Source: Cyanophora paradoxa CCMP329
Lineage: Eukaryota; Plantae; Glaucophyta
Length of the DNA: 64,000 nucleotides
Assembly (NCBI GenBank): GCA_004431415.1
Contig: QPMI01000150.1
Coordinates: forward strand, 155,668 to 219,667
Direction of reading: 5' to 3'
This document shows positions 50,301 through 61,023 of the stretch, piece after piece (the first letter of the stretch is position 1; every line of letters starts with the position of its first letter). The notes beneath the pieces are model-generated. The model made no database searches. It was not told where the DNA came from and saw nothing but the letters and a program-made list of their open reading frames with translations. A program made the translations under genes and the position numbers.

Positions 50301-51845
50301 AATCCTCGAGCACCCCGAGCCCCTCCCCATCGCCGGCCCCTCCATCCGCTGCCTCACGTCGACGTCGGTGACCGGCCAGTGCGAGCAACTCTTCCCGGCG
50401 CTCCTCTTTCAGTACGAGGACATCGGCTCTATCCGGCGGGCGCACCGTCTCCTCGGCGGCCGCATCAAACTGGACTCCCTCGGCCCCAGACTGAGCAAGG
50501 CCCCGTTTACCGTCGCCTCTCACGTCGACACGGAGGCGCGCGGGAATGGCTTCCTTGCAGTCATGGTACCCCCGGACCCCCCCGAGCTCACCTTAACACG
50601 CCCGGCTGCTGACTCGCTTACCCAGATGGACCTGCCGTGGCGCAAGACTCGCCTCCCACCCTCGATCCGGAACCAGGCGGTGCGGCAACTCGCGGACGCT
50701 GTCTTCAAGAGCCAGCGCGAGACCAATCCGAACTTCGTCGTCCCCTCCAACCGACCCACGTCACTCGTCGCCGGATACGTGGAGTACGGCTACGGGACCC
50801 CGTACGGCGCCACCGGCCGCGTCGTCATGGAGAGCGCGCTCGCCCCTGCCCTCAGCTCCCTCCTCGTGAGCGGCTCCCGCCCCTCACCCTGCTCTCCTAA
50901 TTCTCCCACGCCGCAGGCGAATCGTGGCTACGTCGTCGCCCAAGACCAAGGCAACGGCCAAGTCGCCACAATCCTCCGCATGCAGATGGCTGACGCACGG
51001 CTGAACTGGATCGCAACCTCGAACCATGTCGTCTTCGGAACCATCGTCATGGAGAATGCACACGAAGGCTGTGATGCCTGGGGGTACCAGCGCGTAGCCG
51101 CCCCCCCCACCGGCGCCTTCCCGTCCCTCGACACTATCCTCGCGCGCCACTACAAGGAGCTGCGCCACAACGGCCTCGTCGGCCTCCACATCCGCTCGGC
51201 CGGAGGATGGGCAAGTTCCCCCCCCCGTACCGCGGCCGTACCCCACAGTCACTCACTGCTGCCCCGCCCCGCCGGCGCCCAGATTGAAGGCATGTTCCAC
51301 AAGTCCCTCTTCCCCGAGCCGGACCAGGAGGAGGATTACGCGGCATGGCGCGCCGAGCTCGGGTTCAACCCGAACCCGACACTCAGCAGATGGGCAGAGG
51401 CGACCGATGCCGCCCCGGTCAACGGCCAGCCCCGCCACGCGCGCGTCCTCCACCTCGTCGAGAACGGCCTAGTGGTACCAGCCTCCCCCCCCGACCCTAT
51501 CCACCACCTCCCTCTCACAGCCCCCCCCCGTCACAGTTCGGAGTCGTCCAGTTCCCAGCTCAGAGCGGACACTACTGCCCGGCGCACCTCCTCCGCTCGA
51601 TCGCCGGCGGTGGCCCCATCCAAGCCATCGCGGACCTCTCCGGCCTACACAGAGTTGTCAGGCCGGGCGGCGCCGCGGGCGGGGGTGGGGAGGCCGGCGC
51701 TGGAGGCGGCGGCAATGCCGGTGGCCAGCGGAACCGCACCAGCGGCATCATCGGCGAGGGGCGCCCTGACGCTGGCGGGCGGCCTGCACCCGGCCGCAAC
51801 GGCGCGGTGGCAGCGCTCATCGGGGGAGGCCACCGGGGCGGATAA
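47370..51845 (+). CDS. Putative LINE ORF1 protein with RG/D-rich repeats and candidate introns
   Basis: The frames 47040-49181 and 50206-51951 join across a frameshift-prone repeat. It contains a HTNPFQAL motif, a Ser-rich segment, DDDGRRGRDGEG repeats and a globular region. After splicing at 51475-51536 it ends ...GGGHRGG* at 51845. Confidence 0.55.
48755..49970 (+). repeat. Coding minisatellite (GACGACGACGGGCGCCGCGGGCGC/GACGGCGAGGG variants) followed by duplicated Gly-rich blocks
   Basis: Imperfect repeats encoding D/G/R-rich units. The block GGCGGCGGAGCCTGGCGCGGCCGGGGTGGGCA occurs at ~49759 and ~49876. Confidence 0.8.
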
Positions 51846-52268
51846 ACTCCTACCCCCCCACCCACCCCCCTCCCCCCCCGTCCTCTCCCACCCCCCTCCT
51901 CCCTCCCCGCTCCCGACCTCACCCCCTCGCCTCCCAGCCCCCACTCCCTGACCCCCCTGCCGCCTCCTACCCTCGTCCCCCCCCCCTCTCCATCCCCCCG
52001 TAGCCCCTCCGTAGCAACGGTGCTCCCCCCGCACGTGCACCCTCCCCCCCCCCGCCGCCGGCCGCCCGTCAGGCCGGCGGCCCGACTAGGCTTGTCTACG
52101 GTTGCCCAGGCTCCCCTCGGGCGCGGCGAGATCTTGGTCGCCGGACCAGCCCCTGGACCTGGGATTGTCCTTTCATTTCTTGTCTAGTCGTAATGCACGG
52201 CCCCCGTGCGCTCCCCCCCAAGCCCAACGCCCGCCAGGAAAGAGAGACGGACCGCGGGGACTATACAT

Positions 52269-54279
52269 ATGACCAATAGAGTAAACACGGCGGGGGGGGC
52301 GCCACAGGGCCGGGCCGCGCCCCGGATAATTGACCTCTTCCCGACGGACCTCTTCACCCACGCAAAGCTCGGCGCGCGGCCGCGCACGCTGAAGCGCCAA
52401 TTCGACGCTAAGCAGGCCTGGCGGATCGCCACCTGGAACGCACGGTCGTGCTCGAGCGTGAACCACGTCGGCCACCTGCAAAAGTACATGAAGGACTGGG
52501 GGATCAGCGTCATGGGCGTCCAATCACTTAACTGTACCGCCGCGGCAGCCCGAGCGATGAGGCAGGCCATCGACGCCGGCGTCATGCTGACCTCGGTCCA
52601 CCCTAGCGCGCCCCGCCGCGCCGAGCCGATGAAGAAAAAGAAGAAGAAGAAGAAGAACGACCCCAAGGAGCCGTCTGCGCGCGGGTCAGGCGTTGCGCTG
52701 CTGCTGTCCGTGGACATGGCGAAGCACTGCTTCCGCACCTACTCAATGCCGGGGCGAGTCGTCGGGTGCGAGCTGCGCTTCGCGGACAACGTGCAGGTCT
52801 TCGTAGCGAGCGTGTACCTGCCGCCGGGAGAAAGCCGCACCTCAGCGAACACGGAGAGCGCCCGGATCATCGAGTACATGCGAAACAACATCCTCGCCGA
52901 CTGGGCGGCCCGACACAAGGCGCACCTGTTCCTGCTCGGTGACTTCAACAGCTGTGTCTGCCCGGCGACCGGCCGGATCCGCAACGCGCGCTACGCCAGC
53001 TCACACGAACCGGAGCATCGATGGTGGAGAGAGCTTCTCAGCGAGAGCGCCTGGAACCTGCGCGACGCTGCGAAGCTGGCGGGCACGGACGATCAGATCA
53101 CCTTCATCTTCCCCGACAAACAGCGCGGGCCGGACGAACCTGGGCCTGAGCCGCGAGGGATCACTGCGACGGGCCACCTGCGGACAGCTGCTCGGCTCGA
53201 CTACATTCTCCAGTCCACGGCAGCCGGGGCCGGACTCCGGGCAGTTCAGGTATCCCCCGCCACGCGCCCTACGAGTCCGACCACTTCCCGGTACTCGCCG
53301 AGTACGACAGGCGCGGACTCGGCCTCCAGTTCTCGTCCGGCCGCCGCCCGCCCCCAGCGCCCGCCTAGGTTCCAGTACGGAAAGCAAGCCGCTCTGACGA
53401 AAGTTCGGTTCAAGGAGCTCCTGGAGGCCAGCCTGAGCCGGACCAGCCCCGGCGCCGAATGCGTGGCAGCAATCCTCGACGAAATCGAGCGGACGCCGCC
53501 GCGCCGCCGCAGCAGCGCCTGACCCGCCTCAGCGCCGCGCTCGACGGGGCGCTCGATCGAGTCAAGGAGATCGGCCAGTCCGCGGACTTCGGCATGTACA
53601 CGCCCGCACGCAAGACCCAAAAGTTCTCTCGCAGGGGCCGGCCAGAGTCGGCGCTGCTCACGCGCGTGCAGGAACTCCGGCGCACCTGGGCGGCGGCGCG
53701 ACACGGACCCGACTCCACGCCTCGCCGAGTGAGACACGCGCTATCGGACCTCCGCCTCGCCATCTCGAACCATAACCGTCGCATCTCGCAGCTCCCCGTG
53801 GAGAAACGGTCCGGCTATAGTCTCCTCCCGGCTCCACCCCCCTCTCCTCCTTTCTCAGCGCCGCAGCCCCGCTGGCTCGAGCACTACGATGTGTTCCTGG
53901 CATGGGTCTCGGCGCTCGACAAGAAGGTCGACCTGCACATCCGCGGCTTCGAGACCAAGCGCATCCTGGCGAGCCGCGAACGCACGCGCCGCATGTTCAA
54001 AGTTGACCTCGCGCAGCACCTCCGACTGGTCCTGGAAGCGCCGGCTCGCCGAGGTATCACATCTTTCTCGTTCTTCGATGGGCTCGAATACAAAGTGTAT
54101 GACTCCGAAGAGCAAGTCTGTCCCTTTGCCCGCCAGCACATGCACGCCTGGACCAAGCGCAGAGCACCCCTAACGGCCCGCCTCGACCCGCTAGGTCTCC
54201 CGCTAAGCGAATGCGCCCGGGACCCCCGCCTCTGGCAGCGACTGCACGCGCCGCGGGACGACATAGATGCAGCCCTATT
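52269..54279 (+). CDS. LINE ORF2 N-terminal part: apurinic-like (APE) endonuclease plus linker, truncated; frameshifted
   Basis: Motifs IATWNARS, VMGVQ, SGVALLL, VASVYLP, LLGDFN, ITF, ARLDYIL and, in a shifted frame at ~53270, YESDHFPV. No RT motifs occur before the break. Confidence 0.85.
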
Positions 54280-54562
54280 ACACATAGTAAAATGCGGAGT
54301 TTTAACCCTCGGCTTATCTTAATTGATTTTGTTGATATATCTCGTATATTCTATTTCAATCAATCGATAATCTGTGTATATCTTATCGAATATTCATTTA
54401 TTTCGATTATTTTGTATTCTTTTCGATATTTTATCGTAAATTTCTCTTATTTTCCGATTAGTCTTACTGAGTCTATCGATAATCTGTATATATTTCCGAA
54501 TAATATAACTGAATCTCAATTAGATCTTGCCTCTGGTTAAAACTCCGCATTTTACTATGTGT
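54280..54562. mobile_element. MITE-like element (283 bp) with perfect 28-bp terminal inverted repeats
   Basis: ACACATAGTAAAATGCGGAGTTTTAACC (54280-54307) and its exact reverse complement (54535-54562) flank an AT-rich non-coding core. No matching TSD. Confidence 0.8.
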
Positions 54563-54804
54563 GATTGGTCTAAAAGTTAATTGATTTAATCGATATTATA
54601 TTCATGTACTTTCTCGATTAAATTTAATTAAATTTAATTCATTTAATCGGAAATATATCGCTAAACTCGATTAAGATCCATAAATGATTCATTTGTTTAT
54701 ATTAACAAATCGATCTCTTATTGAATCCAATCTTAATTATACATGAAAATGATATGTTATTATCATGTTTTAATTAGTCTAAGGGGGGACCCTTAGAAAA
54801 TTGG

Positions 54805-55101
54805 GTGTCACAGGTGTCACAGGTGTCACAGGTCAATCCCAAACTTTTGATAGTTGATTTTTATATATGTGAAAACTTTGGGATAGACCTGTGACACCTG
54901 TGAACAACACCATTTATGGTAAGATCCTCTTTTATAATGAAAAACTCAGTAACAATAAGTAAGAAGTTTATCTATGTAATTCTACTTGAATAAACAAATG
55001 AAATAATCGAGTGTCACAGGTGTCACAGGTCCATCCCAAACTTTTGAAAATTTACTCTTTATAGGAGAAACTTTGGGATAGACCTGTGACACCTGTGACA
55101 C
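54805..55101. repeat. Two ~195-bp units, each an inverted array of GTGTCACAG 9-mers around an AT-rich core (origin-like hairpins)
   Basis: (GTGTCACAG)n-GTC.ATCCCAAA...TTTGGGATA-GACCTGTGACACCTGTGA at 54805-54903 and 55011-55101. Confidence 0.85.
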
Positions 55102-55688
55102 ATACCATATTCAGTAAGGACCTCATATATTGTTAAAATCTCAGTGTTAGTTGGTGTAGTTGATTCTAAAAATGCATTTTATACTCTGATTCATTGTTAT
55201 TTCCTGTGAAATTTGAGTCAACTCAACCCACTTAGTCAACCCTTGCATTGAATTCGTAACAAAATCCATATACTATCGATTAATATGAGTCAACCTTGAG
55301 TCCACTTTAATTATAGGGGGAATCAAGGGGAGATGCTTACTAAATGCAGTGTTAGATTGATGGTTTCACAGGTGTAATCACGATTATCTATAAAGTAGAT
55401 TTAGGTGGATTATTCGAGATCATACAGTCAGAGATGGTATACAGACTTTCAGACCACAAAAGAGACATATTCAGCCCCACAAACCCGGGCAAATCTACGA
55501 TCCAGTTCGCGAAAGTAGCATAGATGTGTAGAGGATGCAAAGAGGATTCCGGCGATGGTCGCGGTTTTTAAAACGGATGAGTTGGTGAAGAGTTACAGCA
55601 GTTTGTATGCTTTTCTTGGATTTCTTGGGTTCCAATTGTAATTGTATTTGTTCCCCCGGTTGTAATGTGCGACGGGGGTATCGACTTA

Positions 55689-55803
55689 TTACAATTCTTA
55701 CAATAGTTACATTACAATTCTTACAATTCTTACAATTCTTACAATTCTTACAATTCTTACATTACAATTCTTACAATGTTTACAATTCTTACATTACAAA
55801 TCT
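55689..55803. repeat. TTACAATTC 9-bp minisatellite
   Basis: Roughly a dozen imperfect tandem copies. Confidence 0.9.
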
Positions 55804-56285
55804 TGCATGACGTCACGACATATATACCGTGTATATACACATGACGTCACGACTTATATACACTATATATACCAAACCTCCGTATTCCCGGTTGACCAAG
55901 AAAAAAATGTTTGGAAAAAATAATTAAAAAATATATATACATATACATATATATAATCAAAAATCGGAAACAATTCCCTCTTTTTTCTACCGTAAAAACG
56001 CGCCCGTCACATCGACTCTCATAGTCGGAGCATTTATATATACCAGCGGATATATTCGTATATATCGCGTTCTCAGTGGGAAACCTATGTTTCACCAAGT
56101 CTACTATGGCAAGTGACTTTTGCATCTTCAAACTGTTATATCTCATCACCAGATCATCAAAACGCAACGTTCTGCATAGCGCTGTGAAGCGCTTGAAAAG
56201 ATCTACAAGACTATGTGTATATCATATGCATATATGTATATCAGTCATACATATATTTGGAAAAAACGAGTTTTTGCCTAGCAAA

Positions 56286-57671
56286 CTAGCTAGTTTTGGT
56301 CCTTTCTCTTAGTGTTCTCTGAGGTTTAGGGGCTGTATATGACTCCTTAGTAGTCTGAAAGTCATTATACCATCTCTGGCTATTCACTTCTGAAAGTTTC
56401 TGTGTTCCTGCTATAGTGAGCTTTTTGAGTTCCCTGTTAACTTTCCCAGCCTTCTCCTTCCTAGCCTCTATCAAAGGCTTAACTGGGACTTCATTAGCAG
56501 CTTCTATGCCTTCTCTCCTTATAGCAGCATCAACCCTAGCTTCCTCTTTAGCTTGCTCTAAGGCATCTACTGTAGGGGTTTCCAGATACTCAACTGCATT
56601 CACAGGCAACAGCTCATGGAAAGCAAACCTGTTATCTATGATCTCTCCAGTGGGACTCTTTAGCTTAAACTTAAAGCCTTCTCTACTATCAACAGTGTAA
56701 ACCATCCTAGACCAATTGTTACCCTGTTTAGCAAAGGGGTTCTTCTCAACTTTCACTCTAACAAACATGCCAGGCTGCATGGTATCAAGATAAGCTATAG
56801 ATTTCTTGAATCTTTCATCTTCTAATCCTACTATATACCTGTAATGCTCCTCTGTAGTTTCGCCTGGCTTCATCTTAGTAGCTGAGTGAACTGTATTATT
56901 GTAATTATATTCAATATCACCTAACACATCAAAGAATCTAGCTGTGTTATTGGCTATGCAGTAGTTTGTGATCAGTCTCTTAATCTGCTTGTTAAAGGCT
57001 TCAATTCGACCTTGGCTTCTGTGGTCTGCAGTTCCACTTACTTGGTGTTCTATGTATTTACTAGATAGATACTCCTGGAATATTCGATTTTGGAATTCAC
57101 TCCCAGCATCTGATTGAACTTTTACTATGGGTCTTGCTACTCTCATCTCAAGCTGTTTAAATGCAGCTAATGTAGTGAGAGCTGATTTATCCCTTATAGG
57201 TATGATATACCCAGTTCTCAGTGTTGATTCCATTGCAGTCATAAAGGTATCATAGCCATTGTTTTGTTTCTTATAAGCTGGGAAAAAGAGCAAATCAATC
57301 ACATAGGTATCAAGGGGTTGCCTTATTGGAACCATGGGATCTCTCTTCCTAGATATAGCAGGTGCATTGATCTGAACAACCTCTTGCTTTTTATAGAACT
57401 CTTGCAACTGCTTGTAGGATTCATCTGGTAACTCAGCCCTCATAGCTTGAAGCCCTTTGTAACCTGTTCTCACATCATAGAATCTCTTGGCAATCTTGCT
57501 GGTTTCTTTCACTGCAATAGCAACTGGGATCTCTACTGGGACAAGCTCTTTCATTTCAGACTTTTTGACAATTCGAGATTCCCCTTTTTCCTCCTTTGGA
57601 ACTGTGATAGGCAGTAGGTTACCTTGTAGTTGCTCAGTGGTTCTCCTAACTATTCTTCCAGTTGCTGGCAT
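56286..57671 (-). CDS. Retroviral-like (rve) DDE integrase, Polinton type, 461 aa
   Basis: Intact DDE triad: YVIDLL, KVQSDAGSEF, SQGRIEAFNKQIK. It also has YNNTVHSATKMKP and VRV...F.K...NWS..VY C-terminal motifs. Its ATG lies 3 bp from the PolB stop. Confidence 0.92.
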   Translation of the reverse strand: MPATGRIVRRTTEQLQGNLLPITVPKEEKGESRIVKKSEMKELVPVEIPVAIAVKETSKIAKRFYDVRTGYKGLQAMRAELPDESYKQLQEFYKKQEVVQINAPAISRKRDPMVPIRQPLDTYVIDLLFFPAYKKQNNGYDTFMTAMESTLRTGYIIPIRDKSALTTLAAFKQLEMRVARPIVKVQSDAGSEFQNRIFQEYLSSKYIEHQVSGTADHRSQGRIEAFNKQIKRLITNYCIANNTARFFDVLGDIEYNYNNTVHSATKMKPGETTEEHYRYIVGLEDERFKKSIAYLDTMQPGMFVRVKVEKNPFAKQGNNWSRMVYTVDSREGFKFKLKSPTGEIIDNRFAFHELLPVNAVEYLETPTVDALEQAKEEARVDAAIRREGIEAANEVPVKPLIEARKEKAGKVNRELKKLTIAGTQKLSEVNSQRWYNDFQTTKESYTAPKPQRTLRERTKTS

Positions 57672-57674
57672 CTC

Positions 57675-60600
57675 TTAATTAAAAGGAACAGAATTAATAC
57701 CATCTGGTAAGATGTATCTCTTTGCATCAAAGCAGTTTAGGGCAACCCTTCTACTCACAGTATCTATTATTGTGTGATCTGCCCTTCTCTTCTGCTTTGC
57801 AGTCACAGTCTTGCTGATACCTGCAAATAAACACTCCTTAAAATCATTGAATTGGAGTTCCTCAGTGGAAGTCCCAGATAGCTTACTTCTCTCAATCTCA
57901 GCTGTTCTGAAACTGTAAACTTTAGCTCTCAGACCCACATACTCCAATATAGCAGAGCCAGGCATTTCATTTTTGTATTTACCTGGGGTCATTCTGTTAG
58001 GTCCTCCTAAGTCCAGATTAAAGGATATATTCTCTAGGTCCTTTTGAAGGGTTTTAGATTCAATATATAGACAAAAGGAATCAGTATCATGGAATAGTAA
58101 CTTGGCTTTGGACCATTGAGACCTCACAGTATCATAGAAGAACTTGTAGTTATGCAGTTTGGCAGCATCCAAAACATAAGCCCCAATAGCAACTGGCTTA
58201 TCTAGCTTCACATGTTTTGTGTAAAACTCAAAGGCAACTGCCCTTTCACTTATGGGACTTGTTGATTTCACTAAAGGAGAGGCTGCATATTTCATAAATA
58301 GCTTCTCAGTGTTGGCAATCTTTACCACAGATCGACCTCTACATGATTCAATGCATTTCCCATAGATTGAATTATTCATGAGCTTATAGAAATCAGCCTC
58401 GAATTTATTCACTGCTTTCCTTCTCATATCAGTGTTCAGCTCAATGTAGGGTTTCATTACAGGAGCCACAGTAAATGATAGGACCCTGTGAACCTTTTTA
58501 AGTTTCACACCTTTGGTCAGAATATACTGTAGAAGAGGCTCAGAAATTACATAGTTGGTCACAGAACCAAAGGTTGCAGTTAGCTTAGGGGTTTTATCAA
58601 GCTCTTCTCCTGAGAGATCTAATAGGCTCTTTTGATATTGTGATAATTCTGCATATTCTACTATTTTCTTGTTAATAATTAGAGGGAAATCACTGTGATC
58701 TAGAAATAGCCTAATTGGGTAATCCAGATCAACTTCCAGGAAACTGGATCTGTTATCTTGTGGGTTGAATTCGGTCTCCCATCTAAAATCACCAACTGGA
58801 ATTGGCTGACTCAAGCAGTAGCCATACAAGTTGTTAGCATCAAACAGCATTATATGGGAGTTCTCACCATCAGCCTCAGCATACCTACAAGGCATTGTTG
58901 CAAAGCCACCCCTGATTCCCCTCTCAACAAATTCGTATTGCTCTACATCACTTATAAGCTCTATTTTTGCCTTGGTGGTCCTTAACATAGCATCCCAAGA
59001 TAACCCAGGTGCAGATACATAATGAACTGGGTCAAGTCCATATACTGAGTGTGAAAGCCTTCTAAATGCCTGGAATTTGTTCATTAACTCAGTCACATCA
59101 GCAGCTCCGAAATCCATGAAATTGCTTGCATCAATGAACTTGTAAAGACCCCATTGCAATGACAGGTATTGATCAAAGTTTTTCGAAAGGATTTCGATTC
59201 GCTTTTTATCACCCATGCCTGCTATTTTTCTGAAAATGAATGTCCCACAGTCATCCATTTGGTCAACAACCACTGCTACTTTTGTTTGCTTTGAGATTCT
59301 CCTATGTAGATTGCAGTTTCTGCATGCAGGAGCAATGTACTGACCTGTGTGGTGATCATGATCCCTGCATTTGAAGTTCTCCTTGGTGAACCTCTCACTG
59401 CAAAGGTAACAGTGTTTAGTAGCCCTGTAAACAGCCTTTTGCTCATCTGTGAGTTCATTCATGGGAATATTGGTAAACAGGAAGTCAATTAGCTCTCTTG
59501 CTTTGGACTCCAAGCATTCAAACAGACCTCCCATTGGATCCTGACCCTCAAATCGAAAATTTTGAACATCTGCCCCAGTGACTACTCTGAGGTTGACTGC
59601 TGAGACTTCTCTCTTGGATTTTGATGCATCTATGGGGATGCTTCTATGTTCAATCTTGCAGTAAACCACAACAGGAAGCCAAACAGTTTTCCTAAGGTTT
59701 TTCAGTCCAAACTCTATGGTGGTCTCAGGCTTAGGAGTGATTCCCTTTGAGAGTCTCCAATCAATGCATCTGTTTGAGTCCACATGAGCAGTGAGTTTAG
59801 CTTCAGACCTGAATCGAGATAAGCATGTATCACAGTAGTGTAACTTTTGATCCTTGGTTTTATCAAGGGCAACTCTGAGAAGTCTTGAAAGGGACATGAT
59901 TGTAATATAGTGACCATTCCCTTCATCATCATGAATGAGCATGAGATTAATCTTTTGCTTTCTGCCTGGGTTGCTGGATTGATGCAGTGGATATATAACA
60001 TCTCCATCCATTCCAAAGATGTTTATGCTAATGCCTGCATTTTGAGCTTCGAATTTATCAATGATTTCAGCATCACAAGGAACAGGGAATGGGATATTGT
60101 CGAAATTGAGAGCCAAAGGATTGTATGTGGTTGGTGAGTATTTCCATTTGCGATATTGTGTAAGCTCACTTCTCTTGTGGAATTTACATCTTTCCTATGG
60201 ATCCATGCCAAAATGGCATTTTCGAAGCAAGAATCATCAATATTTCGAATATTCACTGTGGCTTTCTTAGCTGCAATTGATTCTGGTGTTTTAACATAGC
60301 AGCCACCAGTTGGGGCATAACTCATAATAGCAACTCTTAGCATTTCGATTCTCTCCAATCGATAGCTATCAACCACATTCATCTGCTCCTGACACATTTG
60401 GCTGCTTTATTCAGCTCAGTTCGAATATTTCTCGATTTAGTTAATACAAAATAATCGCTGTAAATGTATTTCGATATCCAAACCTGTGGATTGCTGACTT
60501 TAACGAACTTGCAGATAAACGACAAGCGAACTTTGATTGCCCTGAATTGATCCAGACTATCCCTTAAACGTTTTGGTAGAGAGGTTGCAATTCTATCTAA

Positions 60601-60915
60601 ATATTCAATCACATCTACCACAACTTCCCTTCTGGCTCTGTATGTGAGCCAGCGATATAATTCATTCATGGCTGTGCCATCTTCTGCCTCTGGTTCTATT
60701 TGCCTCAGGCGATCCAGTTCATCAAGAGTCTCAACTTTATCATAGAGGTTATTGGCTTTTCTGGTTAATTTGGACAAAGTGGGTCTCCCCTTGAAATAAA
60801 TCCGATTTCCCGGTCATATTCAGCCTCTGTAATTTCATGGCTGCATACAGTGTTCCCAGTAATCCCATGAGTTCCCATTTCTTTTCTCTAATAAGTCTGT
60901 TGCTAATTCGGGCAT
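57675..60915 (-). CDS. Protein-primed family B DNA polymerase (Maverick type); 5' part frameshifted
   Basis: Pol motifs FDANNLYG, KLMNNSIYGK, FHDTDS and GLRAKVY; endonuclease-VII-like insert CYLC..RDHDHHTG..ACRNCN. The N-terminal Maverick motifs GGCYVKTP..KKATVNIRN.DDSCF lie in shifted frames (60023-60397, 60379-60777). Probable ATG at 60915. Confidence 0.92.
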
Positions 60916-60981
60916 TGTTCCTAACTTGTTCCTAATAAAGGAGAGGTTTAAATGGGGATATTCCGAACACAAAATTTGATG

Positions 60982-61022
60982 AAAACTACTTAAAGAAATA
61001 TCTTCTATATATATAAAAGGAC
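60982..61022 (+). promoter_or_regulatory. Conserved viral promoter-like motif (AAAACTACTTAAAGAAA..TCT(T)CTATATATATAAAAGGAC)
   Basis: Near-identical copy at 62292-62331 and a partial copy at 61845-61870. Each lies just upstream of an ATG (61024, 62346, 61887). Confidence 0.75.
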
Positions 61023-61023
61023 A

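Larger units (their letters stand above)
46930..54279 (+). mobile_element. GC-rich APE-type non-LTR retrotransposon (LINE), truncated before the RT domain
   Basis: Sharp GC island inside AT-rich viral DNA. It comprises an ORF2 C-terminal-like stub, a long ORF1-like gene, a C-rich spacer and an APE endonuclease ORF. It ends abruptly at a MITE. Confidence 0.8.

Noticed and set aside
55689-55803. TTACAATTC array as an interstitial telomere
   Set aside because: It lacks a G-rich telomeric consensus and occupies the variable repeat slot of the viral module.
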